A stretch of 39,430 nucleotides of DNA, from assembly GCA_043818275.1 (NCBI GenBank), contig JBDRFY010000018.1:1-39430 (forward strand), given 5' to 3'. The position numbers and the translations under genes were made by a program. Shown in pieces: positions 18,637 through 26,890 of the stretch. A model generated the notes under the pieces. That model made no database searches and was not told where the DNA came from. It saw only the letters and a program-made list of their open reading frames with translations. How positions within the stretch are numbered: position 1 is the first letter of the stretch; each line of letters starts with the position of its first letter. This DNA comes from a bacterium (GTDB taxonomy: Bacteria > Babelota > Babeliae > Babelales > JAUWHS01).

Positions 18637-20382
18637 CGCAACATCCAAACCCTGTAATTCGATATTAATTTTGTCATTCCATTCATTTTTAACAACATGA
18701 GCCGCAACATCAAATGATTTATCCCCAATATTTGAAAAAAAATCATACAATTCAGGCCGATTGAAAAAAATTAAAGGTTTTATTACTCCCTGTGAAAAAA
18801 CAGAACATTTAACATGTTTATCTTTTAAAAGTTGGGGTTGGCGCAGCAATGTTAAATTTTTAATTAAAAAGGATGGCTGCATATTTTGATTGCCAAACGG
18901 TTCAAGTTGATCTAAATCAAACAAAAGTTTTTGTTTCATTTCGCCAAAGTCCAAATTTGCATCCAAATCAATTTTGGGAATTAAATCTTCAGGCTTGAGT
19001 TCACGTGCAATCTTTTCTTCAAGTCGCTCTTTTAATTCAGGCAAATCTTTTTGTTTTAATTTAAGACCTGCAGCATATGAATGCCCACCAAAACTTAAAA
19101 GCAAATCTTTATTTTCATTTAACGCATCAAAAATATTAAATTCCGGAATAGATCTGCATGAACCTTTTACAATTCCTTTTTTATCAAGATGAAATAAAAA
19201 AGTGGGTTTGCCAAAATTATGTGATAATTTTCCAGCAACTAAACCTATTACACCTGACGGCCAATCAGTATTTGCAGCCATTATAATATTTTCTTTTTCT
19301 AAATTAATTTGTTTATCCAAAATCGCTTTTTCTATTTCTAAATAAATTTGTCGATCAACCAGCTTTCTTTCTTCATTAAATCGTCGCAACACTTTTCCAA
19401 TGCGGTCAACTTCATTTTTTTCTGAACTAATCAAAAATTTTACAGCCTGACGTGGGTCATCTAACCGGCCAAGAGCGTTAATTTGCGGTGCTACCATAAA
19501 ACCAATATCAAGTGAATTAAGTTTTAATCTCTGCAAACCACTATTTTGTATTAATGAATTTAAAGACAAACTTCTTTTTTTATTAACTAGCGTTAAACCG
19601 TAGCGAACCCAATACCTATTCTCTCCAATCAAAGGAACGACATCAGCAACAGAGCCCAAAAGCAAAAGTTCATAAATTTTATCGGGTAATTTTTTATCAA
19701 GTTTTTTATATAAAAGATCAATAATTTTAAAAGAAACACCAACTCCAGCTAAATCTTTATATGGATATTCACAATCTATTTGATTTGGATCAACAATCGC
19801 TAAAGCTTCGGGAAGCTCTTCTTGAGGCCGATGGTGATCTGTGATAATTAAATCTATTTTTAATTCTTTTGCTTTTTTTGCGGCAACAATTGCAGAAATT
19901 CCATTATCAACTGTAATTATTAATTTATAACTATTTTCCGCAGATTTTTGTACAAACTTTTCAGACAAACCATAACCATCTTTTTCTCGATTAGGCAGAA
20001 AGAAATTAACATTTGCACCCAAAGGCAAAAGAGCCAAAAGCAACAAAGACGTAGAAGTTATACCATCAACATCATAGTCACCAAAAATTAAAATCTTTTC
20101 TTTTTTTTTAATAGCATGCAAAATTCGATCAACTGTTTTTTCAGCATCTTTAAATAAAGTTGCATCAAAAACATTTTGTTCATATGAAGAAAATAGGAAT
20201 GATCGAATTTGATCTGAATCAAGAAGATTACGTGAACATAAAGTTTGAGCGATTGCAAAACTTAAATTATTGTCATAAGCAACTGATCTGACAAGAGCCT
20301 CATCCGTTTTTTTTATCCGCCACAAAAATTTTTGACCTTGAATTCGCAGATAATTTATATTTTTATTTTTATTAGATTTCAT
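18625..20382 (-). CDS. recJ: Single-stranded-DNA-specific exonuclease RecJ
   Basis: GDYDVDG, PNR..DGYG, TVDNG, TDHH, ADVVPL.GENR, GSCRS, GGH..AAG. Confidence 0.97.
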   Translation of the reverse strand: MKSNKNKNINYLRIQGQKFLWRIKKTDEALVRSVAYDNNLSFAIAQTLCSRNLLDSDQIRSFLFSSYEQNVFDATLFKDAEKTVDRILHAIKKKEKILIFGDYDVDGITSTSLLLLALLPLGANVNFFLPNREKDGYGLSEKFVQKSAENSYKLIITVDNGISAIVAAKKAKELKIDLIITDHHRPQEELPEALAIVDPNQIDCEYPYKDLAGVGVSFKIIDLLYKKLDKKLPDKIYELLLLGSVADVVPLIGENRYWVRYGLTLVNKKRSLSLNSLIQNSGLQRLKLNSLDIGFMVAPQINALGRLDDPRQAVKFLISSEKNEVDRIGKVLRRFNEERKLVDRQIYLEIEKAILDKQINLEKENIIMAANTDWPSGVIGLVAGKLSHNFGKPTFLFHLDKKGIVKGSCRSIPEFNIFDALNENKDLLLSFGGHSYAAGLKLKQKDLPELKERLEEKIARELKPEDLIPKIDLDANLDFGEMKQKLLFDLDQLEPFGNQNMQPSFLIKNLTLLRQPQLLKDKHVKCSVFSQGVIKPLIFFNRPELYDFFSNIGDKSFDVAAHVVKNEWNDKINIELQGLDVALND

Positions 20383-20437
20383 TCAATCACAACACATTTC
20401 AACTTTATTTTTACTTAGACAATAATAATTAAAATAA

Positions 20438-20872
20438 ACCGCTCGTCCCGAGTGCCCATCAAAGCAAAGCGAAGATGGGCGTATCGAGGGATGCGTTTAT
20501 TCCTTTTTAAATATTTTTTTTGCATACAAAGATATTAAATCCCAATCCTTTTTAATTAATGCTTCTTTTTTTTTCCTGGACCAATTTTTTATTTTTCTTT
20601 CGGCGTGAAACGCCTCATCCCTTGTTGGAAAAATTTGATAGAATACAAGCGTAACTGGTAATCTTTTAGACGTATAACATTTGTATGTCTTTAATTTATG
20701 TGCTGATAATCTTCGTTCTAAGTCATCAGTATGACCAGTATAATAAGATCCATCAGAACATTTAAGTATGTAAACAAAAAAATCATTCATTTTAAAAAAT
20801 CGGAAACACCGCATCCTTCGATACACCCGTCTTCGCTCTAACGAGCTTCGCCGGGCACTCAGGACGAGCGGT
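20438..20872. mobile_element. Putative GIY-YIG cassette bounded by ~60-bp inverted REP-like repeats
   Basis: Left 20438-20495 ACCGCTCGTCCCGAGTGCCC...GCGAAGATGGGCGTATCGAGGGATGCG; right 20810-20872 reverse complement ACCGCTCGTCCTGAGTGCCC...GCGAAGACGGGTGTATCGAAGGATGCG; lies between lysS and recJ. Confidence 0.75.
20497..20790 (-). CDS. Small GIY-YIG nuclease (YhbQ/UPF0213-like)
   Basis: VYIL.CSDGSYYTG.T.DL.RR..AH, YT..RLPV, EA...ERKIKNWSRKKKEALI; ATG 20790 preferred because the longer start overlaps the flanking repeat. Confidence 0.92.
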   Translation of the reverse strand: MNDFFVYILKCSDGSYYTGHTDDLERRLSAHKLKTYKCYTSKRLPVTLVFYQIFPTRDEAFHAERKIKNWSRKKKEALIKKDWDLISLYAKKIFKKE

Positions 20873-20971
20873 GTAGTTAATATTCATGTTTAATAACAAT
20901 TAAATTTACAAATCCAGCTAGAATAAACTCTAACTTAATAAAAGAAATACAAGTATAATAAATTTTAATTA

Positions 20972-22474
20972 TTAACCAACTTTTTTTAATGTTGGAAATA
21001 AAATTACATCTTTGATTGAAGTTGTATCAGTTGCAAGCATCACCAAACGATCAATACCAACACCAACACCAACGGTTGGGGGAAGGCCATATTCCAACGC
21101 TTTAATAAAATCTGCATCATAATGATGAGCTTCCTCATCACCATTTTCTTTTGCTTCAGCTTGAGACTTAAATCTTTGAGCCTGATCAATTGGATCATTT
21201 AATTCTGTAAAACCATTTGCTATTTCCATACTCGCTGCGAAAAGTTCAAACCTTGCCGCAATATTTGGATTATTCGGATCACGTTTTGCAAGAGGTGAAA
21301 TTTCAATTGGATAACCAACGATGAAAGTTGGTTGAAATATTTTACCTTCTACTTTTTCTTCAAATAATGCAAAAAGTTTTGCTCCATGATAATCCTGACC
21401 TTTGGGAATTTCCACATTCAAATCTTTTAAAAGCTTATTGATATTTTCCTGATCAAACTGCTCTTTATTAAAACCTCCAATTTCAACAAGCGCCTGTTCA
21501 ACCGTTAACTGTTTAAATGGAGCCGTAAAATCTAAATCTTTTCCCTGAAATTCAACGGTTAATTTACCACAAGAATGCTTAACCGCATCCTGAATTAATT
21601 CTTCTGTTAATTTTATACCATCTTTATAATTTCCATGCGCCATATAAAATTCAAGCATGGTAAATTCCGGGTTGTGTCTGGTTGAAATTCCTTCGTTTCT
21701 AAAATTTCTGTTAATTTCAAAAACTTTTTCAATTCCTCCAATAACCAGACGCTTAAGATATAATTCCGGAGCTATTCGTAAATAAAGATCCATATCATAA
21801 GCATTGTGATGCGTAACAAAAGGCCGAGCAACAGCTCCTCCGGGAATTGGATGAAGCATTGGAGTTTCAACTTCCAAAAAATCTCTATCCAATAAAAATT
21901 GTCGAATAGACTGAATAATTTCAGAACGTTTTTTAAATTTTTCCAAGCTCTCAGGATTACTAATTAAATCTAGATATCTTTGACGATATCGCGCTTCAAC
22001 ATCAGAAAGCCCATGAAATTTTTCCGGTAATGGATGGAGACATTTACTCAAAAGAGTAAAATCACTTACCCGTAACGTAATTTCACCTTTTTGTGTTTTA
22101 AAGCTCTCCCCTTTAACCCAGATAATATCACCAACATCAAGATACTTTAAAAAGAAATCAAATTTTTCATCCCCCAAAGCATCCTTACGCAGATAAATTT
22201 GCAAACGACCAGCCCTATCCTGAATGTGCGCAAAAACTGTTTTACCATGTTCACGAATGGTTATTAATCTTCCGGCGATTTCATATTTTTTTTCTTTTTC
22301 AGGATCAAATTCATCCAAAACTTGCACCGTGGTTGCATTAACCGGTTTAAATTCCGGCCAGGGATTAATCCCCATTTTTTGTAATTCATTAACTTTTTCA
22401 AGACGAACTACATTTTCATTAGAAGAAATTTCTTCTAAATTTATTTGCTCTTCTATATTTTCTTTTTTACTCAT
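20972..22474 (-). CDS. lysS: Lysine--tRNA ligase (class II)
   Basis: OB fold, RYRQRYLDL, EVETPML, LYLRIAPELYLKRL, FRNEG..TRHNPEF, YGLPPT.G.G.GIDRL; ATG 22474 preferred. Confidence 0.97.
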   Translation of the reverse strand: MSKKENIEEQINLEEISSNENVVRLEKVNELQKMGINPWPEFKPVNATTVQVLDEFDPEKEKKYEIAGRLITIREHGKTVFAHIQDRAGRLQIYLRKDALGDEKFDFFLKYLDVGDIIWVKGESFKTQKGEITLRVSDFTLLSKCLHPLPEKFHGLSDVEARYRQRYLDLISNPESLEKFKKRSEIIQSIRQFLLDRDFLEVETPMLHPIPGGAVARPFVTHHNAYDMDLYLRIAPELYLKRLVIGGIEKVFEINRNFRNEGISTRHNPEFTMLEFYMAHGNYKDGIKLTEELIQDAVKHSCGKLTVEFQGKDLDFTAPFKQLTVEQALVEIGGFNKEQFDQENINKLLKDLNVEIPKGQDYHGAKLFALFEEKVEGKIFQPTFIVGYPIEISPLAKRDPNNPNIAARFELFAASMEIANGFTELNDPIDQAQRFKSQAEAKENGDEEAHHYDADFIKALEYGLPPTVGVGVGIDRLVMLATDTTSIKDVILFPTLKKVG

Positions 22475-22560
22475 TTTAAATCCAGGAAATATTTTCATAT
22501 AAACATATTTCAAAAGTCACAACACACGTTAAACTAACATTAATCAAGCCTATTGACAAT

Positions 22561-22878
22561 TTATTGCTTTTTTAAAACATAAATCTTTTCATCTGGTAAA
22601 GCCATCTGAAGTTCTTGCCTTGCCATCTTTTCAATCATAAAATCATTATTTTGCCATTGATCTATATCTGTTTTTAATCGAGCAATCTCTTTTTGTGTTT
22701 CGGTTATTTTGTTTAAGTCTACGTTGATATCCTTTTGCATCTGTTTATAAACAATAAACCCCTTGTTGCCCCAAATAAAAGATTTTATAAAGATTAAAAA
22801 TATTAAAACAAAAATCAAAAATTTTGTGATTGATTCAAAATTCCATACAAACATTTTCTTACCAAATTCCCTTCTCAT
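22561..22878 (-). CDS. Septum formation initiator family (FtsB/DivIC-like)
   Basis: Single TM helix, G.KG, coiled coil, IEKMARQELQM...E motif; ATGA overlap with rapZ. Confidence 0.8.
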   Translation of the reverse strand: MRREFGKKMFVWNFESITKFLIFVLIFLIFIKSFIWGNKGFIVYKQMQKDINVDLNKITETQKEIARLKTDIDQWQNNDFMIEKMARQELQMALPDEKIYVLKKQ

Positions 22879-23762
22879 TCTTTTCCTAAATCTCTATGAT
22901 GAATTAAAAATCTTACATTTTCCCAATTTTGTTTTGCTAATTTTTCTGCAAAAGCAACTGAGCGATGCTTGCCACCGGTACAACCAACAGAAACATTAAC
23001 AAAAAACCTGCCTTCTTTATAAGATTTTTTAATTGAATATTCCAAAAAACTGATCAGACGTCGCCAATAATCCTGTACGTCAGGTTTAGTAAATAAATAA
23101 TTTTGAACCTCACTACTTCTGCCATCAATTTTTTTTAGCTCCGGAACAAAAAATGGATTTGGCAAAAAACGAAGATCATAAACCAGATTACTTTCTTTAG
23201 GAACTCCGTATTTAAAACCAAAAGAAATAATATTTACCAAAATTTCCTGTTCTGATTTGGCAGAAAAAGAATTTCTTACCCATTTACGCAAATCATGAAT
23301 ATTAAATTCATCGGTATCAAGAATAATTTCTGACATTCCCATAACTGGTTCTAATAATTCTTTTTCTTTTTGAATTGCGTTAAGTAAAGATACACCACGA
23401 TCCGCAAGAGGGTGTTTTCTTCTGGTTTCCTGAAATCTTTTAACCAAAGTTGAATCGCTCGCGTTTAAAAAAATAATTTTAAAATCAACATTCGTCTCTT
23501 TTTTACGACGAAGATTATCAACTTCCAAAATAAAATTACTTAAAAATTGTTTTCCTCCTCTTGCATCAATACCTAAAGCAATTTTTGTCAAATTACTCTG
23601 AGCCTCGAAAGCAAGATGAAAGAAGTTGGAAAAAAGAGGAACAGGCAAATTATCAACACAATAAAAACCCAAATCTTCTAATACTCGCATAACGCTGGTT
23701 TTGCCACCACCGGAACAGCCTGTAACAATTAAAACTGTTTTGATTTGTTCCGATTGCAACAT
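22875..23762 (-). CDS. rapZ: RNase adapter RapZ/YvcJ family P-loop protein
   Basis: TGCSGGGKT, LEDLGFYCVDNLP, RF.ETRR.HPL, SFGFKYG, DLRFLPNP, GCTGGKHRSV. Confidence 0.95.
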   Translation of the reverse strand: MLQSEQIKTVLIVTGCSGGGKTSVMRVLEDLGFYCVDNLPVPLFSNFFHLAFEAQSNLTKIALGIDARGGKQFLSNFILEVDNLRRKKETNVDFKIIFLNASDSTLVKRFQETRRKHPLADRGVSLLNAIQKEKELLEPVMGMSEIILDTDEFNIHDLRKWVRNSFSAKSEQEILVNIISFGFKYGVPKESNLVYDLRFLPNPFFVPELKKIDGRSSEVQNYLFTKPDVQDYWRRLISFLEYSIKKSYKEGRFFVNVSVGCTGGKHRSVAFAEKLAKQNWENVRFLIHHRDLGKE

Positions 23763-23922
23763 TTTTTCGTCAGATTTTTTTTTCAGTTAAACAATCTTTT
23801 AAAACTTCCATAGAAATAACAAATTAAAAATTAATCAAATTATTTATCGTCTTAAATTTTAAAAAAATATATTATATACAAGGGATTAATATATAACAAA
23901 GAAAAACAAAAGGAGAATATTA

Positions 23923-25455
23923 ATGAAAAAAAGGTACTTTTTACTTTGCTTAACAATAATTGCAACGTCTTGCATAAACTTCTCATTCAAAAAAAATAAA
24001 AAAGACGAAAAAAAAGATTTGTCTGCCGAAGCCTTGGCCCAACAGGAAGAAAAACAGGCTTATCAAAGCTTCAGAACTATGTCTGATGTAGTTAGCCTGA
24101 TTCAGGAAAAAGCTTATCAGGCACCAGAAAACTTGGCTTCTATTATTGAAAATGCATTAAAATCTGCCATGCCAAATGTCGATCCACACACAGCATTTTT
24201 TCCACAAGAAAGTTATCTATCAACAATGGAGGCAACCTCAGGAGAATTTTCCGGAATTGGAATAAGTATTATAAGTAAAACTTCAGATGATGATGCTTTG
24301 GCAATAATAGATATTATTCAGGGTGGACCGGCGGAAAAGGCAGGGCTTAAACCAGGCGATAAAATTGTTGAGGTAGAAGGAAAAAAATTAAGAGGTTTAT
24401 CCTCAGATGAAGCAATAGCTGAAATTAAGGGTAAAACAGGCAGTGAAGTAAAATTAAAAATAATCAGAAACAAAAAGCCAATGGAATTAAAAGTCAAACG
24501 TGATGTAATTAAGGATCAGACATCTTTTTGTTTTCATTTTAAAACACCGAATATTTATTATCTTGGATTAAAAATATTTGCCGCAACGTCAACCAAACAA
24601 ATGGCTGAGCTTTTAAATAAAGCAAGCGAAGGAAAGGCAAGAGGAATTGTTATCGACGTAAGAAGAAATCCTGGAGGAATTCTGGATTCAGCAATTGATA
24701 CATGCAATTTATTTGTGGATAAAAATTCACTTATTGTTTCAACCAAAGATAAAAAAAATAACGTAACAGCAGAATACAAAACTAGCAAAGACCCGATTTT
24801 TAAAAATAACATTCCTATTTTTATATTAATTGATAACTTTACAGCTTCAGCATCTGAAATCTTAGCCGGAGCCTTAAAACACTATTCTGAACAAAATTCA
24901 AAAAATAAAAATAAAAATTTAATGGTATTTTTGGTTGGAACACCAACTTTTGGTAAAGGCTCAGTGCAGGAAGTAATACCTATTAGTAATGGTTGCGCAT
25001 TAAAACTGACCACACTTCTTTACTATCTTCCAAATGGACAAACAATCCAGGCTCTGGGGATTAATCCAGACTTTACAATTAAACCTAAAATTGTTCCGAC
25101 AGAAGATATTAAATGGATAGAAGAACTATACGGAAAAGAATCTTCTTTAAAAAATTATATCAATCCCACCCTTCGACAAGCTCCCGCCGACGCTAAAGCT
25201 ATGGCGGGCAAGCAGGAGGATAAACAAAACAAAGAACCTGAAGAAACAGAAAAAACATGGAAACAACGCCAAATTGAATCTCTTAATGGAGACCCTCAAA
25301 TTCAAACATGTATTAATATGATAAATATGTTTGATTTTGCTAAAAAGCATAATCCTAAACTGGTTGAAAACAGAACAAAAGCATTAAAATTTTTAAAAGA
25401 AAATTTTTTGACTGATGATGAAACTGAAATTGAGGAAATTAAGGTAAAAAGTTAA
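23923..25455 (+). CDS. S41 family C-terminal processing protease (PDZ)
   Basis: AAGGAG RBS; DPHT, GEFSGIGI, PAEKAGLKPGD, D.RRNPGG, TASASEI (Ser), TFGKG (Lys). Confidence 0.95.
   Translation: MKKRYFLLCLTIIATSCINFSFKKNKKDEKKDLSAEALAQQEEKQAYQSFRTMSDVVSLIQEKAYQAPENLASIIENALKSAMPNVDPHTAFFPQESYLSTMEATSGEFSGIGISIISKTSDDDALAIIDIIQGGPAEKAGLKPGDKIVEVEGKKLRGLSSDEAIAEIKGKTGSEVKLKIIRNKKPMELKVKRDVIKDQTSFCFHFKTPNIYYLGLKIFAATSTKQMAELLNKASEGKARGIVIDVRRNPGGILDSAIDTCNLFVDKNSLIVSTKDKKNNVTAEYKTSKDPIFKNNIPIFILIDNFTASASEILAGALKHYSEQNSKNKNKNLMVFLVGTPTFGKGSVQEVIPISNGCALKLTTLLYYLPNGQTIQALGINPDFTIKPKIVPTEDIKWIEELYGKESSLKNYINPTLRQAPADAKAMAGKQEDKQNKEPEETEKTWKQRQIESLNGDPQIQTCINMINMFDFAKKHNPKLVENRTKALKFLKENFLTDDETEIEEIKVKS
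24019..24050 (+). repeat. Degenerate intragenic REP-like element (reads LSAEALAQQEE)
   Basis: TTGTCTGCCGAAGCCTTGGC... resembles intergenic TGTCCGCCGAAGC (26327, 34811) and the reverse complement of CGCCAAGGCTTC (26253, 34711). Confidence 0.6.
25168..25216 (+). repeat. Nested intragenic REP-like elements (reads TLRQAPADAKAMAGKQ)
   Basis: CCCTTCGACAAGCT[CCCGCCGACGCTAAAGCTATGGCGGGCAAG]CAGG: a 30-bp hairpin inside a CCCTTCGACAAGCTCAGG-type element. Confidence 0.8.
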
Positions 25456-25465
25456 AACTTTCCAC

Positions 25466-25510
25466 TTGGATTTTTGTAAATTTGCACTTATAATAACAAT
25501 CCTACATAAT
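25466..25510 (+). promoter_or_regulatory. Tandem sigma70-like promoters for the tRNA cluster
   Basis: TTGGAT(25466)-N17-TATAAT(25489) and TTGCAC(25482)-N17-CATAAT(25505), immediately upstream of tRNA-His. Confidence 0.5.
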
Positions 25511-25520
25511 TGAATTTCAT

Positions 25521-25597
25521 GGTGAGCGTAGCTCAGCTGGTAGAGCACCAGATTGTGGTTCTGGTGGTCGCGGGTTCGAGACCCGTCGCTCACCCCA
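25521..25597 (+). tRNA. tRNA-His(GTG)
   Basis: GGTGAGCGTAGCTCAGCTGGTAGAGCACCAGATT-GTG-GTTCTGGTGGTCGCGGGTTCGAGACCCGTCGCTCACCCCA; G-1/C73, encoded CCA. Confidence 0.97.
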
Positions 25598-25690
25598 TTC
25601 GTCTTCACGTTGTTTCGACGCAATGACTAACAAAATGTTTGCAAAGCGATAAAATCGCTTGTAAAATACAATTATATTTTTTGAAATTTT

Positions 25691-25747
25691 CCTTCCGTCT
25701 TCGCACTATCTAAGTCAAAAAACTAGGTATTGCTTCGCCGGACATGC
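25691..25747 (+). repeat. REP-like element, same subfamily as the one after tRNA-Ala
   Basis: CCTTCCGTCTTCGCACTA (18 bp, identical to the reverse complement of 17448-17465) ... TGCTTCGCCGGACA. Confidence 0.8.
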
Positions 25748-25780
25748 TTTTTTCATTAAAAACAATACTTTTAATTTTGT

Positions 25781-25856
25781 CGGGGCGTGGCGCAATTGGT
25801 AGCGCACTCGCTTTGGGAGCGAGGGGTTGCCAGTTCGAGTCTGGCCGCCCCGACCA
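25781..25856 (+). tRNA. tRNA-Pro(TGG)
   Basis: CGGGGCGTGGCGCAATTGGTAGCGCACTCGCTT-TGG-GAGCGAGGGGTTGCCAGTTCGAGTCTGGCCGCCCCGACCA. Confidence 0.97.
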
Positions 25857-25970
25857 GACTTCGCTCTAACGAGCTACGTCTGGCACGGCCATCTTTTTTA
25901 AGGATTTTGAAATTTTATATCACGTGCCTCCCTCGACCTCTCGACACGCTCGTGACTCGGGACAGGCTCC
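25854..25970 (+). repeat. REP-like hairpins between tRNA-Pro and tRNA-Arg
   Basis: CCAGAC-TTC-GCTC-TAAC-GAGC-TAC-GTCTGG at 25854-25883; GCCTCCCTCGAC...AGGCTC at 25926-25969 (first 12 bp identical to 17339-17350). Confidence 0.75.
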
Positions 25971-25997
25971 GCTCAGTTTTTTGAAATTAAATATCAC

Positions 25998-26074
25998 GTG
26001 CCCGTAGCTCAGTAGGATAGAGCAACGGATTTCTAATCCGTAGGTCACAGGTTCGAATCCTGTCGGGCACACCA
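25998..26074 (+). tRNA. tRNA-Arg(TCT)
   Basis: GTGCCCGTAGCTCAGTAGGATAGAGCAACGGATT-TCT-AATCCGTAGGTCACAGGTTCGAATCCTGTCGGGCACACCA. Confidence 0.97.
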
Positions 26075-26359
26075 GCCTACGCTAAAGCTACGGCTGGCAT
26101 GCCAAAATTTTAGGAACTTAATAAAAATATTTATAGCAAAATTGGCTCGTAGGCTGCCCGTCGAAGCTTTTTCTCTTTCGCTAAAGCTTCAAAGAATATT
26201 CTACGAAGTTTTAACGAAGCAGAAAGCGAAGTCGGGCCATTAAAAATGCTTTCGCCAAGGCTTCAGCTGGCATGCCAAAAAAATTTAGCTTTTTTATAAT
26301 TTATAAGAAACATTGATAGCGAAAGCTGTCCGCCGAAGCTCTTTAGAGCATAGGAGGAC
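26072..26359. repeat. Two tandem inverted REP doublets between tRNA-Arg and the second GIY-YIG gene
   Basis: Unit 1: GCCTACGCTAAAGCTACGGCTGGCATGCC...GGCTGCCCGTCGAAGC...GCGAAGTCGGGC. Unit 2: GCTTTCGCCAAGGCTTCAGCTGGCATGCC...GCTGTCCGCCGAAGCTCTTTAGAGCATAGGAGGAC. GCTGGCATGCCAAAA is repeated exactly. Confidence 0.8.
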
Positions 26360-26386
26360 TTACTAGACAACAAATAATAAAAATTT

Positions 26387-26629
26387 ATGTTTTATGTTTA
26401 TATCATACAATCAATAAATCACCCTCAAAAAAAATATGTTGGATGTACAAGCAACATAAAAAAACGATTGCGCAATCACAATTCAGGAACTACTCCTCAC
26501 ACCAAAAAATATTTACCTTGGGAACCTATTGTATGTATCTGTTTCAAAAATAAAGACAAAGCTGTAGCTTTTGAAAAATATTTAAAATCTGGTTCAGGTA
26601 GAGCTTTCGCAGCAAAACATTTAATATAA
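26387..26629 (+). CDS. Small GIY-YIG nuclease (80-aa SLX1-like subtype)
   Basis: YVYIIQS...YVG.T.N...RL..HN.G...HT..Y.PW...A..FEKYLKSGSGR. Confidence 0.92.
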   Translation: MFYVYIIQSINHPQKKYVGCTSNIKKRLRNHNSGTTPHTKKYLPWEPIVCICFKNKDKAVAFEKYLKSGSGRAFAAKHLI

Positions 26630-26674
26630 AATTTTCACTGAACCATTCGCTATTTTTTAAAAAAGGAGAAAATA

Positions 26675-26875
26675 ATGAAAACTGTAGATTGGTTGTTCAG
26701 CATATTAGAAGCAATTCTTTGGTATGGATTCATATATTTATTCATTTTTACGATAAAAAATCCGGTTAACTTATGGCTAAATTCATTTATTTTGTTGATT
26801 TTATTATACGTTGCATCAATAAGTTGCCCATGGTTCAGAAATACTGATGCATGGAAAAAATTGTGGAAAAAATAA
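26675..26875 (+). CDS. Small two-TM membrane protein
   Basis: AAGGAG RBS, 66 aa, two hydrophobic segments, CPWF motif. Confidence 0.75.
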   Translation: MKTVDWLFSILEAILWYGFIYLFIFTIKNPVNLWLNSFILLILLYVASISCPWFRNTDAWKKLWKK

Positions 26876-26890
26876 ACGATTTTTTTCTTT

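Noticed and set aside
20791..20826. Longer N-terminus (MYRRMRCFRFFK) of GIY-YIG 1
   Set aside because: It overlaps the right inverted repeat; the GIY motif starts right after ATG 20790
25393..25984. Short ORFs 25393..25623 and 25787..25984 (also 17450..17656 and 16980..17198)
   Set aside because: They are translations of tRNA genes and REP hairpins
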